From assembly GCA_041736805.1 (NCBI GenBank), contig JBGSSW010000016.1, positions 2,526-66,525 on the forward strand: a stretch of 64,000 bases of DNA. Reading direction: 5' to 3'. Source of the DNA: Minisyncoccia bacterium (GTDB taxonomy: Bacteria; Patescibacteriota; Minisyncoccia; Phycocordibacterales; UBA918). The translations under genes and the position numbers were made by a program. A model generated the notes under the pieces. It did not search any database, was not told the origin of the DNA, and saw nothing but the letters and a program-made list of their open reading frames with translations. Below are positions 27,119 to 37,352 of this stretch, in pieces; position 1 is the stretch's first letter; every line of letters begins with the position of its first letter.

Positions 27119-29600
27119 AAGATAATAATTCTCTTAAGGGCATTGTATCAGTTTTGAAAAGATAAAGACCAATTAGTCCCACCATAAAAACAATTAGTGT
27201 TAGGCCAATAATCAGCTCGGCATCGAACAGGACGACAGACTCTAGTTCCAAAAAGTAGTTACTAACTAAGAATGTAATTATCAAACTCAGTACATAAGAG
27301 AAGACAGCCGCCACTAAAGTGAGCGAGATTGTTTCGGCTAGGTATTGTTTCATCACCGTCATTCTGGTACTCCCAAGCGCTCGCATTCTCGCTCCTTCTC
27401 TTTGTCTTGATGCAAAAGATGATACCACTAGTGTTGCAATTAGCAGAGTAGCAATTAGCAGTGGAGGTAAGGTTACGACGAGAACTAAGACCAGTAAGGT
27501 ACCGACAATTCGCACCACCAATGGACCAATATTCTGGGTTTCAATAATTGTGATATTCGGCATTATATCAGCGATGAAGCTACCTAAAGCTTTCTGTTGC
27601 TCAGCTTCATAATATGAGAACGCAAAGTAAGTACCAGGAAAATCCCTTAAATCTTCTGGCGAGAAAATAAAGTAGAAGAATGGCAAACCAGAACGCGAAT
27701 CTGTACTACGCAGACTAGTCACCACCCCTTCAACCTCGAAACCCTGGACTAAAAAGACTAATTTTGAACCAAGGTTAATATCAGCCCGCTTTGCAAAACT
27801 CTCTTCGACCGAAATCTCACCTGGACGGCCATTGCTCCACTCTCCTTGAGTCACACTATCACTACTAGGCAAATCAGCATTTGAAGTAATGTTGAATTCA
27901 CGTCCCAGTTCTCTATCAACATCAGAGTTTGGAGAAGCTAACTCTTCCTGAATCAAACGATTATCAATACTGACAATCCTAGCTGAAATATTGGCAAACA
28001 TACTTAGGTCAGGAAAATTAGCCGCAATTTCATCTTTTTGTGATGGCTGAATGTCCAAAACATAAGTGGTCGGTACAGTGGAAGCTAGATCATTTTTGAG
28101 AAAACTCTCCAGAGAAATTTGTAGCAAAGCCAAAGTACTAAGCGCTGTTAAGGCTACAAAGAGTGAGGTGAATGAAACAATACCAAACAATCCATCAGCC
28201 TTCTTTTGACTAATTATACTTCTAAAAAAGAAGTTGAATTTTTGCCGGTGGCTGTAAAGAAAATTTAGGCTAAGAGAAAAAATCCCTGCCACAATAACGT
28301 AGACTAGGACAATGGCCAAAATTATTAGTAGCCCGTCCAAGAAATTGCCTAGTAGAAATGCTGCCAGTAGTACAAGTGGTAATAAAGTAAAAACTGTTAC
28401 TAGAGCAAGGGTTTTGAGCGGAAAGCCATCACCTGTGTCCACCTCACCACCAATAAGAATCTGTCTGGGGTTTAAAGATAAACTTTGTCTCAAGGCGGGA
28501 ATAAATGAAGACAAGGCAATTATTATTATCAAACCGAGACACAGAAATGAGTACAAATAAAAATCTGGCTTTGGAAGTGTAATCAAATATGTTTTCGACA
28601 CAAAATCAGTCAACCAATCAAACGCTAAAGCTCCCATACTTATTCCAATCAACCCCGATAATATGACGACATAAAATAACGCCATACCAAGTATGTACGT
28701 GAGTTTTCTTTTGGTCATGCCAAGTGCGAGTAGTACCGCCAAACTCTTCCTTTCTACCGTTACCAAATATAAAGTACTGGAATATACATTAACCGCCGCC
28801 AAGACAGCTGTGATTAAAACAGCTACAACTAAGAAGTCTGTTACTGTCTCAAGACCAAACTGCAAACCACGTCTATCTTGTCCTGCAATATCAACATCAA
28901 ATTCGCTACCAAAACTCTTTTCGGCTTCTCTTAGCCTGGTAATATCTAGACTGGATAAGTTGGTAAATTTTCCAGCATACGAATATTCGGCTCGTAATAA
29001 TTCTGGAGCTACTACAGACGCTGCAAAATCAGTGTCACTAATAATTGCCCTTGGTAAAAACCTAAATCCTCCAAATAACGAAGTTGGCTCAGAAACAACA
29101 ATACCCTTCAAAGTGAAAGTACTTTCTCCAAACGATACTTTGTCCCCAACAACCACTGCCAATTTTTGTGACCCACCTTGATCTAGGTAAATCTCACCCT
29201 CAGCAACTGGTTCAAATTTACCACTTTCTAAAATAAATTGTCCGTAGAGTGGATAAAAATTATCAACTGCCTGGACTGAAAATGAGGCTATCTCGTTAGA
29301 ACTTTGCAAGGTAGCTGTAAAAGAAATTTGTTTTGACTCTACTTCAGGAAAAACTTGAGCCTCACGCCAAAAATCTTCACTTATAATAGGAAGATTACTC
29401 TCAAGTACCACATCTCCACCCTGCAGTTCTCTCGCCTGCTCCTTAAGTAAGGCTGAGCTTGAACTAGTCAAAACCAACACCAACATCATCACTAAAGATG
29501 TGATAGCTAAAGAAAGTAGTGGTAAGACAAATTTTTTCCACTCACGTCTAACCAATCTCTGACTATATGTAAGAACTAGTTTAATTTCGTTCATAAACAC
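27102..29600 (-). CDS. ABC transporter permease, FtsX family with two FtsX domains (YbbP/MacB-like)
   Basis: 832 aa. Two sets of four TM helices are separated by a large extracytoplasmic domain. It overlaps the ABC ATPase gene upstream. Confidence 0.75.
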   Translation of the reverse strand: MFMNEIKLVLTYSQRLVRREWKKFVLPLLSLAITSLVMMLVLVLTSSSSALLKEQARELQGGDVVLESNLPIISEDFWREAQVFPEVESKQISFTATLQSSNEIASFSVQAVDNFYPLYGQFILESGKFEPVAEGEIYLDQGGSQKLAVVVGDKVSFGESTFTLKGIVVSEPTSLFGGFRFLPRAIISDTDFAASVVAPELLRAEYSYAGKFTNLSSLDITRLREAEKSFGSEFDVDIAGQDRRGLQFGLETVTDFLVVAVLITAVLAAVNVYSSTLYLVTVERKSLAVLLALGMTKRKLTYILGMALFYVVILSGLIGISMGALAFDWLTDFVSKTYLITLPKPDFYLYSFLCLGLIIIIALSSFIPALRQSLSLNPRQILIGGEVDTGDGFPLKTLALVTVFTLLPLVLLAAFLLGNFLDGLLIILAIVLVYVIVAGIFSLSLNFLYSHRQKFNFFFRSIISQKKADGLFGIVSFTSLFVALTALSTLALLQISLESFLKNDLASTVPTTYVLDIQPSQKDEIAANFPDLSMFANISARIVSIDNRLIQEELASPNSDVDRELGREFNITSNADLPSSDSVTQGEWSNGRPGEISVEESFAKRADINLGSKLVFLVQGFEVEGVVTSLRSTDSRSGLPFFYFIFSPEDLRDFPGTYFAFSYYEAEQQKALGSFIADIMPNITIIETQNIGPLVVRIVGTLLVLVLVVTLPPLLIATLLIATLVVSSFASRQREGARMRALGSTRMTVMKQYLAETISLTLVAAVFSYVLSLIITFLVSNYFLELESVVLFDAELIIGLTLIVFMVGLIGLYLFKTDTMPLRELLSYETNQ

Positions 29601-30246
29601 CCTTATCTCTTATCTCAAAAACCCGATCCATACGCTTGGCAATGCTTTCATCATGCGTGATTATGATTAGAGTTGTGTGACTGTCACTTACTGCTTCAAG
29701 TAACATCGTTAAGACCTTTTCTCCAGTCGAACGGTCAAGACTGCCGGTGGGTTCGTCAGCCAAAATAATAGCGGGTTTTTTGACCAAAGCTCTAGCAATT
29801 GCTACACGCTGCTTTTCACCACCAGATAACGTTCTAGGCATTGCTTCTTTTCTATTATTCAAACCAATATCATCTAGTAAATTGGTAATGGATTCCTGAT
29901 TAACTTTTTCTCCAGCAATATCAAGCGGCGCCATCACATTTTCAGTCACAGTAAAAGGAGATATGAGCTCAAAAGATTGAAAAATAAATCCAATTTTTTC
30001 GTTTCGAAAGCCGGCTTGCTCGGCTTCCGATAGATTGGCTAATGATTCGCCAGTAATTACAATTTCACCACTAGTTGGGGTGTCGAGTAGACCGATTAAG
30101 GACAATAAAGTTGATTTACCAGAACCTGACGGACCAACAATAGCTACTTTTTCACCTGCCCCTATATGAAGGTTGACATTCTCTAAGATTGAAATCTCTC
30201 CTTGTTTAGTGACAAAACTTTTTGATACTTGATTTAATTTGAGCAT
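29581..30246 (-). CDS. ABC transporter ATP-binding protein (YbbA/LolD-like)
   Basis: Walker [11 protein letters not shown]-loop, signature [15 protein letters not shown], Walker [12 protein letters not shown]. Confidence 0.9.
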   Translation of the reverse strand: MLKLNQVSKSFVTKQGEISILENVNLHIGAGEKVAIVGPSGSGKSTLLSLIGLLDTPTSGEIVITGESLANLSEAEQAGFRNEKIGFIFQSFELISPFTVTENVMAPLDIAGEKVNQESITNLLDDIGLNNRKEAMPRTLSGGEKQRVAIARALVKKPAIILADEPTGSLDRSTGEKVLTMLLEAVSDSHTTLIIITHDESIAKRMDRVFEIRDKGVYERN

Positions 30247-30301
30247 TAGTGAATTTATTGTTTAATTTTAACTTCGTTTATAATTGAAAGGATAAAAATA
30301 A

Positions 30302-31591
30302 TTAGCGATTTTGCCAAGCTTTGTCTTGGCGAACTAATAAATCTGAAGCATTCTGTGGCTCGTCCATTACTTCTTCAACAATTTTCTCTGCCCTTACTCC
30401 TTGTGAGCCCTTTACCAAAATTACATCACCAGGTTGAATATATAGCTGTAATTCCTTACCGGTTTTGCTAACATCCTCATACTGAAAAATTGCAGACTCA
30501 TCTAAGCCAAAGGCTAAGGCTGACTCTGCAATTTTTCGAGACCTTACTCCCACGGTAAACAGAGCGTCAGCTGAAGATGCCACTATCTCCCCCACCTTTT
30601 CATGTTCACGAGCCGAAAATTTGCCCAGTTCCAACATGTCTCCCAAGACTGCTATCTTACGTTTAGCATGTTTAATCTCTTTTAGTGTAGCTAAGGCTTG
30701 TTCGACAGCGGCGGGTGAAGAATTGTAAGTGTCATCAATTATAATACTGCCCTTAATCCCTTTAATTATGCGTAGTCGACCCGGAGGAGGAACATGTGTG
30801 GCTAAAGCCTCAATAGCTACTTCGACCAAAATTCCACACTGAGCAGCTACAGCAATTGCACCTGTATAAGTATAGACTAAGGGTAAACCAACTCCTCCCA
30901 TGACCCTGACCTTTGCATTTTCTTCTATATGTTGCAGAACAAAAGCCATCCCAACAGGAATGTCGTCATGGTAGATAATTTCATCAGCCCCGGCATTGTA
31001 CTGTGAATTCAAATAACGACTATAGCCAATTGCCTTTTGTCTGACGTTAACCATTTGGGCCTGAATAATTTCGTCATCGTGGTTATAGACTACAATACCT
31101 TCAGGACGTAGAGATTTAATCAGGTTCATTTTTTCTTGTACTACAGCTTCTGGTGTATCGAAAAACTCTACGTGAACTGGAATATTAGGAAAACGAGTTA
31201 AAACAACTATGTTTGGCGACAACCAGCTTGCCAACTTCTTCATATCGCCCGGTCTGTCAACGCCCGTTTCAAGAATTAAATAGGAGGGATAGTCTTTACT
31301 AAATAAAGCAACAAAGAAACCGTCTACAATATTTTTTAACCATAGGAATGGATTGTTCCAGGCGTTAGGTAATCCCAAAATAGTGAGTGGAACACCAATA
31401 TCAGAATTAAAACTTTTTTCGCTTTTTCTGGCTCGGTACTGTTTTTTTAGTATGCTGTAAATAGCATCTTTCATTGAAGTTTTTCCCACACTACCAGTGA
31501 CAGCGATAATAGTTGGTTTGTGACGCTTTAAAATAATTTTAGCTTCTTGAGTAATAATATAGACAACAGTTTTCTTTAAAAAATTTTTCAT
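30302..31591 (-). CDS. murF: UDP-N-acetylmuramoyl-tripeptide--D-alanyl-D-alanine ligase
   Basis: Mur ligase P-loop AVTGSVGKTS. It sits at the expected place in the dcw cluster, downstream of ftsI. Confidence 0.8.
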   Translation of the reverse strand: MKNFLKKTVVYIITQEAKIILKRHKPTIIAVTGSVGKTSMKDAIYSILKKQYRARKSEKSFNSDIGVPLTILGLPNAWNNPFLWLKNIVDGFFVALFSKDYPSYLILETGVDRPGDMKKLASWLSPNIVVLTRFPNIPVHVEFFDTPEAVVQEKMNLIKSLRPEGIVVYNHDDEIIQAQMVNVRQKAIGYSRYLNSQYNAGADEIIYHDDIPVGMAFVLQHIEENAKVRVMGGVGLPLVYTYTGAIAVAAQCGILVEVAIEALATHVPPPGRLRIIKGIKGSIIIDDTYNSSPAAVEQALATLKEIKHAKRKIAVLGDMLELGKFSAREHEKVGEIVASSADALFTVGVRSRKIAESALAFGLDESAIFQYEDVSKTGKELQLYIQPGDVILVKGSQGVRAEKIVEEVMDEPQNASDLLVRQDKAWQNR

Positions 31592-31594
31592 AGT

Positions 31595-33313
31595 TTATCT
31601 ATCTGGTGGTACAGCATAATAATTAATCAAAAAATGGGCAATATCCATAAACGGTTCTGTCAAAGTCTCGGAAGCATAACGTACTCCCTTTGGCTCTACA
31701 GTATACATGAATACCAGAAATTGTGGATTAAAGGCCGGAAAATAACCAAAAAATGAGTGTAAATACTTATCCTCGTAGTACCCACCACCATTAGGGTTTG
31801 CGATTTGGGCGGTCCCTGTTTTGGCACCGATAGTATGATTTGGCATAGAAAATTTTCCCCCCGCCAAAGCATCGTCAACGACAGTTACCAGCATTCCAGA
31901 TATTTCATTACTTGTTTCTTTTGTTATGACTTGAGCACCTTTTGGATAGAGTAATTCTTTTGAGGTGCCATCATTATATTCAATTTTAGAAACTAGGTGA
32001 GGTGTGATTAAAAATCCACCATTCCCCAAAGTTGCCAATGCTCTTGTAGCAGCAATTGGTGTTAAAGCAATTCCTTGACCAAATGAAGCTGTGGCATATT
32101 CAACTTCTCTTGGTGAATGAAGATTTTCTACTAATCCATAGGCCTCATTTGGTAGATCAACTCCTGTTTCACTACCAAGTTTAAAATTTAAAAAGTAATC
32201 TCTGAATTTTTCTCTACCCATTTTACTCGCAATATAAGCCACACCAGTGTTTAGTGATTGATTTAGAATCTCCTGCATTGGTACAGTGCCACGACCACGT
32301 CCATCGAAATTTTTTATAGTAAAAGTGTTTAAAGTAATTGAACCAGCATCATAGTAGGTTGTGTTTCTGTTAATTACACCACTATCTAGGCCAGAAGCCA
32401 TAGTTAGGGCCTTGATGGTAGAACCAAATTCATACACATTCTCGACTAAGGGATTTTGAAACTGTTCAATAGTACTACTACCACGATTATTTAAATCAAA
32501 ACTCGGTACGGCGTTCATGGCATAAATTTCTCCATTTTGAGGATTAATTATAATCGCTCCGGTTAAATTACTTTTATATTTTTCATTAGTTTCGACTAGC
32601 ACTGAATCAAGCATTCGAGCCACAGTTGGTTCAATCGTACTAATAATATCTCCCTGCACTGATTTTTCTTTCCTATAAACTAGGTCTCCCAAATTGCTAA
32701 AAATTTCGGCAAAAAAATTAACAGACCTCACTTCTCTTTCTTTTAAAAGAACTTCATCATAATAACGTTCGAGCCCATACTTTCCATGTAATTCATTTTC
32801 TGACTTATCGGAATATCCAACAAAGCCAATACTTCTGGCAGACAGACTTCCTCCTGGATAATAGCGCCATTGATTTCTATAAAGTTGCACTCCGTCTAGT
32901 TTTAATTCCTTTATTTTTTTAGCTGCTTCTTCATCAACGGTTGAACTAATTTCTACATATGTTCTATTTACAAGTTCCGCTCGCTCAATACACTTTTCGC
33001 GAGCTATTTGAATATTTTCTAATAAAGCATCACAGACAATAACAGAGTTGGTTATTAGGGTAGGATTGAAAGCTAAGACATAGCCTGAACGTATTGAAGC
33101 AGCAGAAACTTTTTCTCCTTCTTTTGTAGTAAGAAAAATTGATCCTCGAGAGTACAAATCCTGAGTAGTATGTACGTACTGTTTTTCAGCTTTTTCCCGA
33201 TAGATATCTCCATCTAAAATCTGAATTTGATACACCCTGCCTATTAAAACAACTGCCAACAACAAAACTATGCCGGTAATAACACGAATCCGAAATACCA
33301 TTTGTCTTCTCAT
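31595..33313 (-). CDS. ftsI: peptidoglycan D,D-transpeptidase FtsI (class B PBP)
   Basis: An N-terminal TM segment is followed by a transpeptidase domain with SxxK (FGSTIKAL), SxN and KTGTA. Confidence 0.85.
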   Translation of the reverse strand: MRRQMVFRIRVITGIVLLLAVVLIGRVYQIQILDGDIYREKAEKQYVHTTQDLYSRGSIFLTTKEGEKVSAASIRSGYVLAFNPTLITNSVIVCDALLENIQIAREKCIERAELVNRTYVEISSTVDEEAAKKIKELKLDGVQLYRNQWRYYPGGSLSARSIGFVGYSDKSENELHGKYGLERYYDEVLLKEREVRSVNFFAEIFSNLGDLVYRKEKSVQGDIISTIEPTVARMLDSVLVETNEKYKSNLTGAIIINPQNGEIYAMNAVPSFDLNNRGSSTIEQFQNPLVENVYEFGSTIKALTMASGLDSGVINRNTTYYDAGSITLNTFTIKNFDGRGRGTVPMQEILNQSLNTGVAYIASKMGREKFRDYFLNFKLGSETGVDLPNEAYGLVENLHSPREVEYATASFGQGIALTPIAATRALATLGNGGFLITPHLVSKIEYNDGTSKELLYPKGAQVITKETSNEISGMLVTVVDDALAGGKFSMPNHTIGAKTGTAQIANPNGGGYYEDKYLHSFFGYFPAFNPQFLVFMYTVEPKGVRYASETLTEPFMDIAHFLINYYAVPPDR

Positions 33314-33317
33314 ATGC

Positions 33318-33635
33318 TTACTCTGTCTCCGAACGAAGTACCAGACTTTTTTCTTCCCTACTTATGAAAACCTTAGCAGAATTTTGACTAAAACCCTCTA
33401 AACTAGCTACTTTGGCACTTATTTGGTGCTTAGCTTCAATATACGAAGTTTCAAGAAAAGCTATGTCAGAACGCATTTGGCCAATTTGTTGAGTGGCCTC
33501 TTTCCGCATCACAACATGAACTACTGACAAACTTAAAAAGTACATGTAAGCAATAATACTAAATATAAAAAAACTAAAACAAAGAGTTGTTGCTATTTTG
33601 TTATTTATTTTTAAGGCTTTTACGTTCATGTACAA
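33318..33635 (-). CDS. ftsL: cell division protein FtsL-like (small bitopic coiled-coil protein)
   Basis: 105 aa with a single TM segment followed by a coiled-coil. It sits between rsmH and ftsI. Confidence 0.5.
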   Translation of the reverse strand: MYMNVKALKINNKIATTLCFSFFIFSIIAYMYFLSLSVVHVVMRKEATQQIGQMRSDIAFLETSYIEAKHQISAKVASLEGFSQNSAKVFISREEKSLVLRSETE

Positions 33636-33643
33636 AATAATAT

Positions 33644-34534
33644 TTAATTTATTTTCTTGATTGCTCTCAGTTTTGCGCTGCGAGATCGAGGATTTGATAG
33701 TATTTCTTCTCTTGTCGCTACGATTGGTTTTTTAGTTAAAAGTTTGAAATCTTCGGTTTCTAGATACTCTCTAAAACGCAACTTTATGATTCTGTCCTCA
33801 AGACTATGGAAACTTATAATGGCTAAGGTTCCATTTACGTTTAAGTTATCGATGGCTGAGGTGATAAATCTTTCTAGAACACCTAACTCATCATTTACAG
33901 CAATCCGCAGGGCTTGAAAAGTCTTCGTAGCCGGATTTAATCTTCCCTTTCGATAAAAGCTCGGAACCGAACTTTCGATAATTGTCGAAAGTTGTAGAGC
34001 CGTAATGATCGAAGATTTTTTTCTTGCCACTACTATAGCTTTAGCAATTTTTCGCGAGTGTCTTTCTTCACCATAAGCGTAGATGACATCAGCTATATTT
34101 TCCTCATCCCAAGAATTTACAATATCCAAGGCGGTAAATTCATATTTCGCTGGATCGCCATAAGTCATTAACAGAGGTTCATTCGCAGTAAAGGAAAACC
34201 CTTTATATCCATCTGTAAACTGATCCGTTCGCCAACCAAGGTCGGCTAGGATTGCATCTACTTTTTTAATATTCAAAGAACTCAATACTTCATTTAAGTT
34301 GCCAAAATTATCATTTACCAAATGAATTTTTTGACCATCTCTTGTTTCAAGTTTAGAATCCTTGAAAGCAATTGCATCAGCATCAATGCCGATATAAACT
34401 CCTTCTTTATTTAATTGCTCACAAATTAATTTAGCGTGACCACCAGCTCCATAAGTAGCATCGACCACGATACTATTTTTTTGGAGACCCAAGGCTGCAA
34501 CTGCTTCGTTTTGCAATACTGTGATGTGCTTCAT
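33644..34534 (-). CDS. rsmH: 16S rRNA (cytosine1402-N4)-methyltransferase
   Basis: MKHITVLQNEAVAAL...VDATYGAGGHA and DLGWRTDQF, which are MraW signature motifs. Confidence 0.9.
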   Translation of the reverse strand: MKHITVLQNEAVAALGLQKNSIVVDATYGAGGHAKLICEQLNKEGVYIGIDADAIAFKDSKLETRDGQKIHLVNDNFGNLNEVLSSLNIKKVDAILADLGWRTDQFTDGYKGFSFTANEPLLMTYGDPAKYEFTALDIVNSWDEENIADVIYAYGEERHSRKIAKAIVVARKKSSIITALQLSTIIESSVPSFYRKGRLNPATKTFQALRIAVNDELGVLERFITSAIDNLNVNGTLAIISFHSLEDRIIKLRFREYLETEDFKLLTKKPIVATREEILSNPRSRSAKLRAIKKIN

Positions 34535-34546
34535 GGTAGATATGAG

Positions 34547-34981
34547 TTAGAGGACGCCGATTTCTCCCAATTTTTCGGCCAAGGCATCTGCCTGTGACTC
34601 GATTTTGCGTTTGTACTCTTCCCATTTTTTCTCATCCCAAATTTCGATACGATTGTGAATGCCGGCCAGTACAACATTTGTACTTAAGGCTGCAAAATCT
34701 TTCAAAAAGTCTGGCACGAGAATACGTCCAACTGAATCTACCTCCGCTTCCACTGCTCCTGATAAGAAGAATCGATTGAAACTTCTTGTATCCGCCTGTC
34801 CGAGCGGGAGTTGACCAATTTTTTCAGTGATCTTCTCCCACTCCAGGAGCGGATATACAAAGAGACAGTTATCAAGCCCACGGGTCACAACCAGATTTTT
34901 CCCAAGTTCCTTACGCCACTTGGACGGTAAGGACAGCCGTTTCTTAGGATCCAACGTATGTTTGTATTCGCCGATTAACAT
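34547..34981 (-). CDS. mraZ: transcriptional regulator MraZ
   Basis: Two DXXXR-containing MraZ repeats are present (LDPKKRLSLPSKWR...; VDSVGRILVPDFL). First gene of the dcw cluster. Confidence 0.9.
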   Translation of the reverse strand: MLIGEYKHTLDPKKRLSLPSKWRKELGKNLVVTRGLDNCLFVYPLLEWEKITEKIGQLPLGQADTRSFNRFFLSGAVEAEVDSVGRILVPDFLKDFAALSTNVVLAGIHNRIEIWDEKKWEEYKRKIESQADALAEKLGEIGVL

Positions 34982-35014
34982 GACTTGATTAGTCTATACG
35001 ACTTTCGTCATATG

Positions 35015-35063
35015 TTCCACTATCTCCCACCACTCGTACATTGTATACCACTATGCCCCACTG
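35015..35063 (-). promoter_or_regulatory. array of four AGTGG(N) direct repeats upstream of mraZ: candidate MraZ boxes and mraZ promoter region
   Basis: Minus-strand reading tcAGTGGggcatAGTGGtatacaatgtacgAGTGGtgggagatAGTGGaac. MraZ proteins bind GTGG-type direct repeats. Confidence 0.35.
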
Positions 35064-35111
35064 ACTACCATAGTTATACACATCTAACAAAGATGGTGTT
35101 ATTTAAAATAA

Positions 35112-35148
35112 AAAACCTTTCGCTTAAGCGAAAGGTTTTCTTTTATTT
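35112..35148. terminator. bidirectional rho-independent terminator (acctttcgc-ttaa-gcgaaaggt) flanked by A and T runs
   Basis: Perfect 9-bp stem. It terminates the upstream minus-strand hypothetical gene and insulates the mraZ promoter. Confidence 0.6.
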
Positions 35149-35202
35149 TAAATCCTAAGTTTGCTAACTGAGATAATTATAAATTTTTTGTTAATTTATA
35201 TT

Positions 35203-35718
35203 CTATGTTTTACTATTAGGGTCAGTCTTCTCGGTACCAGAAATTACATCTGTACTTCCCCACACCAAAGCGTGAGTTTCCCAAAATTTTATAGACTCTT
35301 CATCAGCTAAAGGATCCCAAGGTTCCTTTTCTGCTTTTGGTCCTATGTAAGCAGTAATGACAATCCATACATCCTCAACTTTTTTTAGAACGATAGTAAT
35401 GTCAGAAGTTGGTTTAGGGATTTTATTCTTAACAAAACGAGTTAAGCCAGAACGATTTGGTCTTTGTGCATATAATATCTCATCATCAAGTTCTGTCTCA
35501 ACACAAATACTTACGCCTATTGGTGTCTCAAACGAGACACTCTCAACAATAAATTCTCTTTCGTTTGGGTTAATTTTCTCAAGTGCAATTTCTAGATACT
35601 TATATAAATCTTGATTATCGACCAAGTGACTTATTTTCCTATCGTAGACTCTTTCCCCAGAACTAAGTACTCCTAGTTGTTTTTGCTTTGGATTATAAAA
35701 AGATTCCTTGGAGAACAT
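35203..35718 (-). CDS. hypothetical protein (171 aa)
   Basis: Its start lies 4 nt after the lysS stop. No recognisable family. Confidence 0.45.
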   Translation of the reverse strand: MFSKESFYNPKQKQLGVLSSGERVYDRKISHLVDNQDLYKYLEIALEKINPNEREFIVESVSFETPIGVSICVETELDDEILYAQRPNRSGLTRFVKNKIPKPTSDITIVLKKVEDVWIVITAYIGPKAEKEPWDPLADEESIKFWETHALVWGSTDVISGTEKTDPNSKT

Positions 35719-35721
35719 AAA

Positions 35722-37179
35722 CTATATCTTTGGTTTCATTAGCGGAAACAACTGTGTCTCTCGCAGTGACTTATCTTCTAAGATAGCAAATAATCTTTCG
35801 CCAAAACCAAAACCACAGGCTGGTGGCATACCGTGTTCAAGCATTTCCACAAACTCATAGTCTGACATCATGGCTTCGGCATCACCTCGCTCTATTAAAG
35901 CCTGCTGCAAATCAAAGCGAGCCTGTTGCTCTAGGGGGTCATTTAATTCAGAATAACCATTTCCTACTTCTGTGCCAGCAATTATCGGCTGGAAGCGTTG
36001 TGTGGCTCCTGGCTGCCCTACTACTTCTTTAGCTAATGGCGAAACCAATTTTGGGTGATTGATTAAGAAGGCTGGACCGGCAATATTTTTGCGACAGTAT
36101 TTCCAAAGTGTGTCAGTCAGACGCTCTTTGTTGTCTCCTTCATACTTCACCCCTAGTTCATTTAATTTAGTTTTGATTTCTTCTTCTGTGGCTGATTCTA
36201 GATTGATTCCAGTTTGATTTTTTATTTCACTAGCATAATCAATTCTCTTCCATTCATCGGCTAAATTGAAAGTTTGTTCACCACGAGTGAAAGTAGTAGT
36301 GCCATAAACTTCCTGTGCAATAGAGCGGTATAGATTTTCAACCAGCTTCATGCCGTCTTCATAATTAGCAAAAGCTTGATAGAACTCGAGGTTCGTGAAT
36401 TCTTGGAGATGGTTAGGGCTAGTGCCTTCATTACGGTAAACTCGTCCAATTTCGAAAATCTTTTCAAAGCCAGCGGCCAAGAGTCTCTTCTGCCACAACT
36501 CCCCAACCGAGATGCGCAAGAAGACGTCAATATCGTAATCATTGTGATGAGTAGAAAAAGGTCTAGCTTCTGCTCCACCAGTAGTTATTTCTAAAGTTGG
36601 AGTTTCCACCTCAGTAAAACCCTGCTCTTTCATGAACGAACGAGTTGTATCCCAAAACTTTTCTTTTCGTTTAAACATTAGACGTAGTTCGTCTCGACCA
36701 AGCAAATCTAAATAACGCTTTCGAAAACGCTCTTCTTCATCTTGAAGACCATGATACTTATCCGGCAATGGTAAGAGACTTTTAGTCACCATTCGCCATT
36801 CTTTAACTAAAAGAGAATTCTCACCTCGCTGTGTTATAAAAACAGTACCAGTCACTTCAATGAAATCACCGCCGTCGACAGTGTCTTTAAATAGAGCAAA
36901 GACATCAGCCGGAATCTCATCTTCTTTGAAAACAGCTTGCATCTTACCAGTAGCATCCTGTACAACTACAAACATAATTGCCCCTTGTCCTCGCACCACC
37001 ATTACACGACCTACAATAGTGATGGTTGTTTTGTCAGTCTCAAGTTCTGCAAAGTTACTTAGAGCTTCGGAAATTTGGTGAGTTCGTACTACTTCTGATA
37101 AGTAAGGATTAATTCCTTTGTCTTTTAAGATTTGCAGTTTTTTTAGGCGCTCTGCTCGCATTTCATCTAGTCCTGACAT
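35722..37179 (-). CDS. lysS: lysyl-tRNA synthetase (class II)
   Basis: An OB-fold anticodon-binding N-domain is followed by class II motifs (FRNEG...; GGAEARPF; ...GFGFGERL). The start was set at MSGLDEM (37179). Confidence 0.9.
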   Translation of the reverse strand: MSGLDEMRAERLKKLQILKDKGINPYLSEVVRTHQISEALSNFAELETDKTTITIVGRVMVVRGQGAIMFVVVQDATGKMQAVFKEDEIPADVFALFKDTVDGGDFIEVTGTVFITQRGENSLLVKEWRMVTKSLLPLPDKYHGLQDEEERFRKRYLDLLGRDELRLMFKRKEKFWDTTRSFMKEQGFTEVETPTLEITTGGAEARPFSTHHNDYDIDVFLRISVGELWQKRLLAAGFEKIFEIGRVYRNEGTSPNHLQEFTNLEFYQAFANYEDGMKLVENLYRSIAQEVYGTTTFTRGEQTFNLADEWKRIDYASEIKNQTGINLESATEEEIKTKLNELGVKYEGDNKERLTDTLWKYCRKNIAGPAFLINHPKLVSPLAKEVVGQPGATQRFQPIIAGTEVGNGYSELNDPLEQQARFDLQQALIERGDAEAMMSDYEFVEMLEHGMPPACGFGFGERLFAILEDKSLRETQLFPLMKPKI

Positions 37180-37189
37180 AATGAGGTTT

Positions 37190-37218
37190 ATGATAGCGTG
37201 TAATAAGCGTAAACGCAA
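37190..37218 (-). promoter_or_regulatory. putative lysS promoter: TTGCGT, 17-nt spacer, TATCAT, with the -10 element 10 nt upstream of the ATG and no SD
   Basis: Minus-strand reading ttgcgtTTACGCTTATTACACGCtatcatAAACCTCATT-ATG. Confidence 0.4.
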
Positions 37219-37244
37219 AAGCCCGGCGCCTTTGGCGCCGGGCT
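37214..37244 (-). terminator. greA terminator (agcccggcgcc-ttt-ggcgccgggct) followed by a U-run
   Basis: Perfect 10-11-bp GC stem. The minus-strand U-run is TTTTGCGTTT. Confidence 0.6.
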
Positions 37245-37261
37245 TTTTAAAACCAAATCAA

Positions 37262-37352
37262 AACCGCCATATACGAGGCGCGGAGGAGCGAACACAGGAG
37301 GTGTACATTGACTGTGTGAGCGACGAACGCAACAATGTAGATGGCGGTTTTG
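37262..37352. other. 91-nt GC-rich structured element closed by a 10-bp inverted repeat (aaaccgccat ... atggcggttt) in the greA 3' region
   Basis: Seen directly in the sequence. Its interior is GC-rich (gaggcgcggaggagcgaac...gagcgacgaacgc) with internal hairpins (cacag/ctgtg). Function unknown. Confidence 0.3.
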
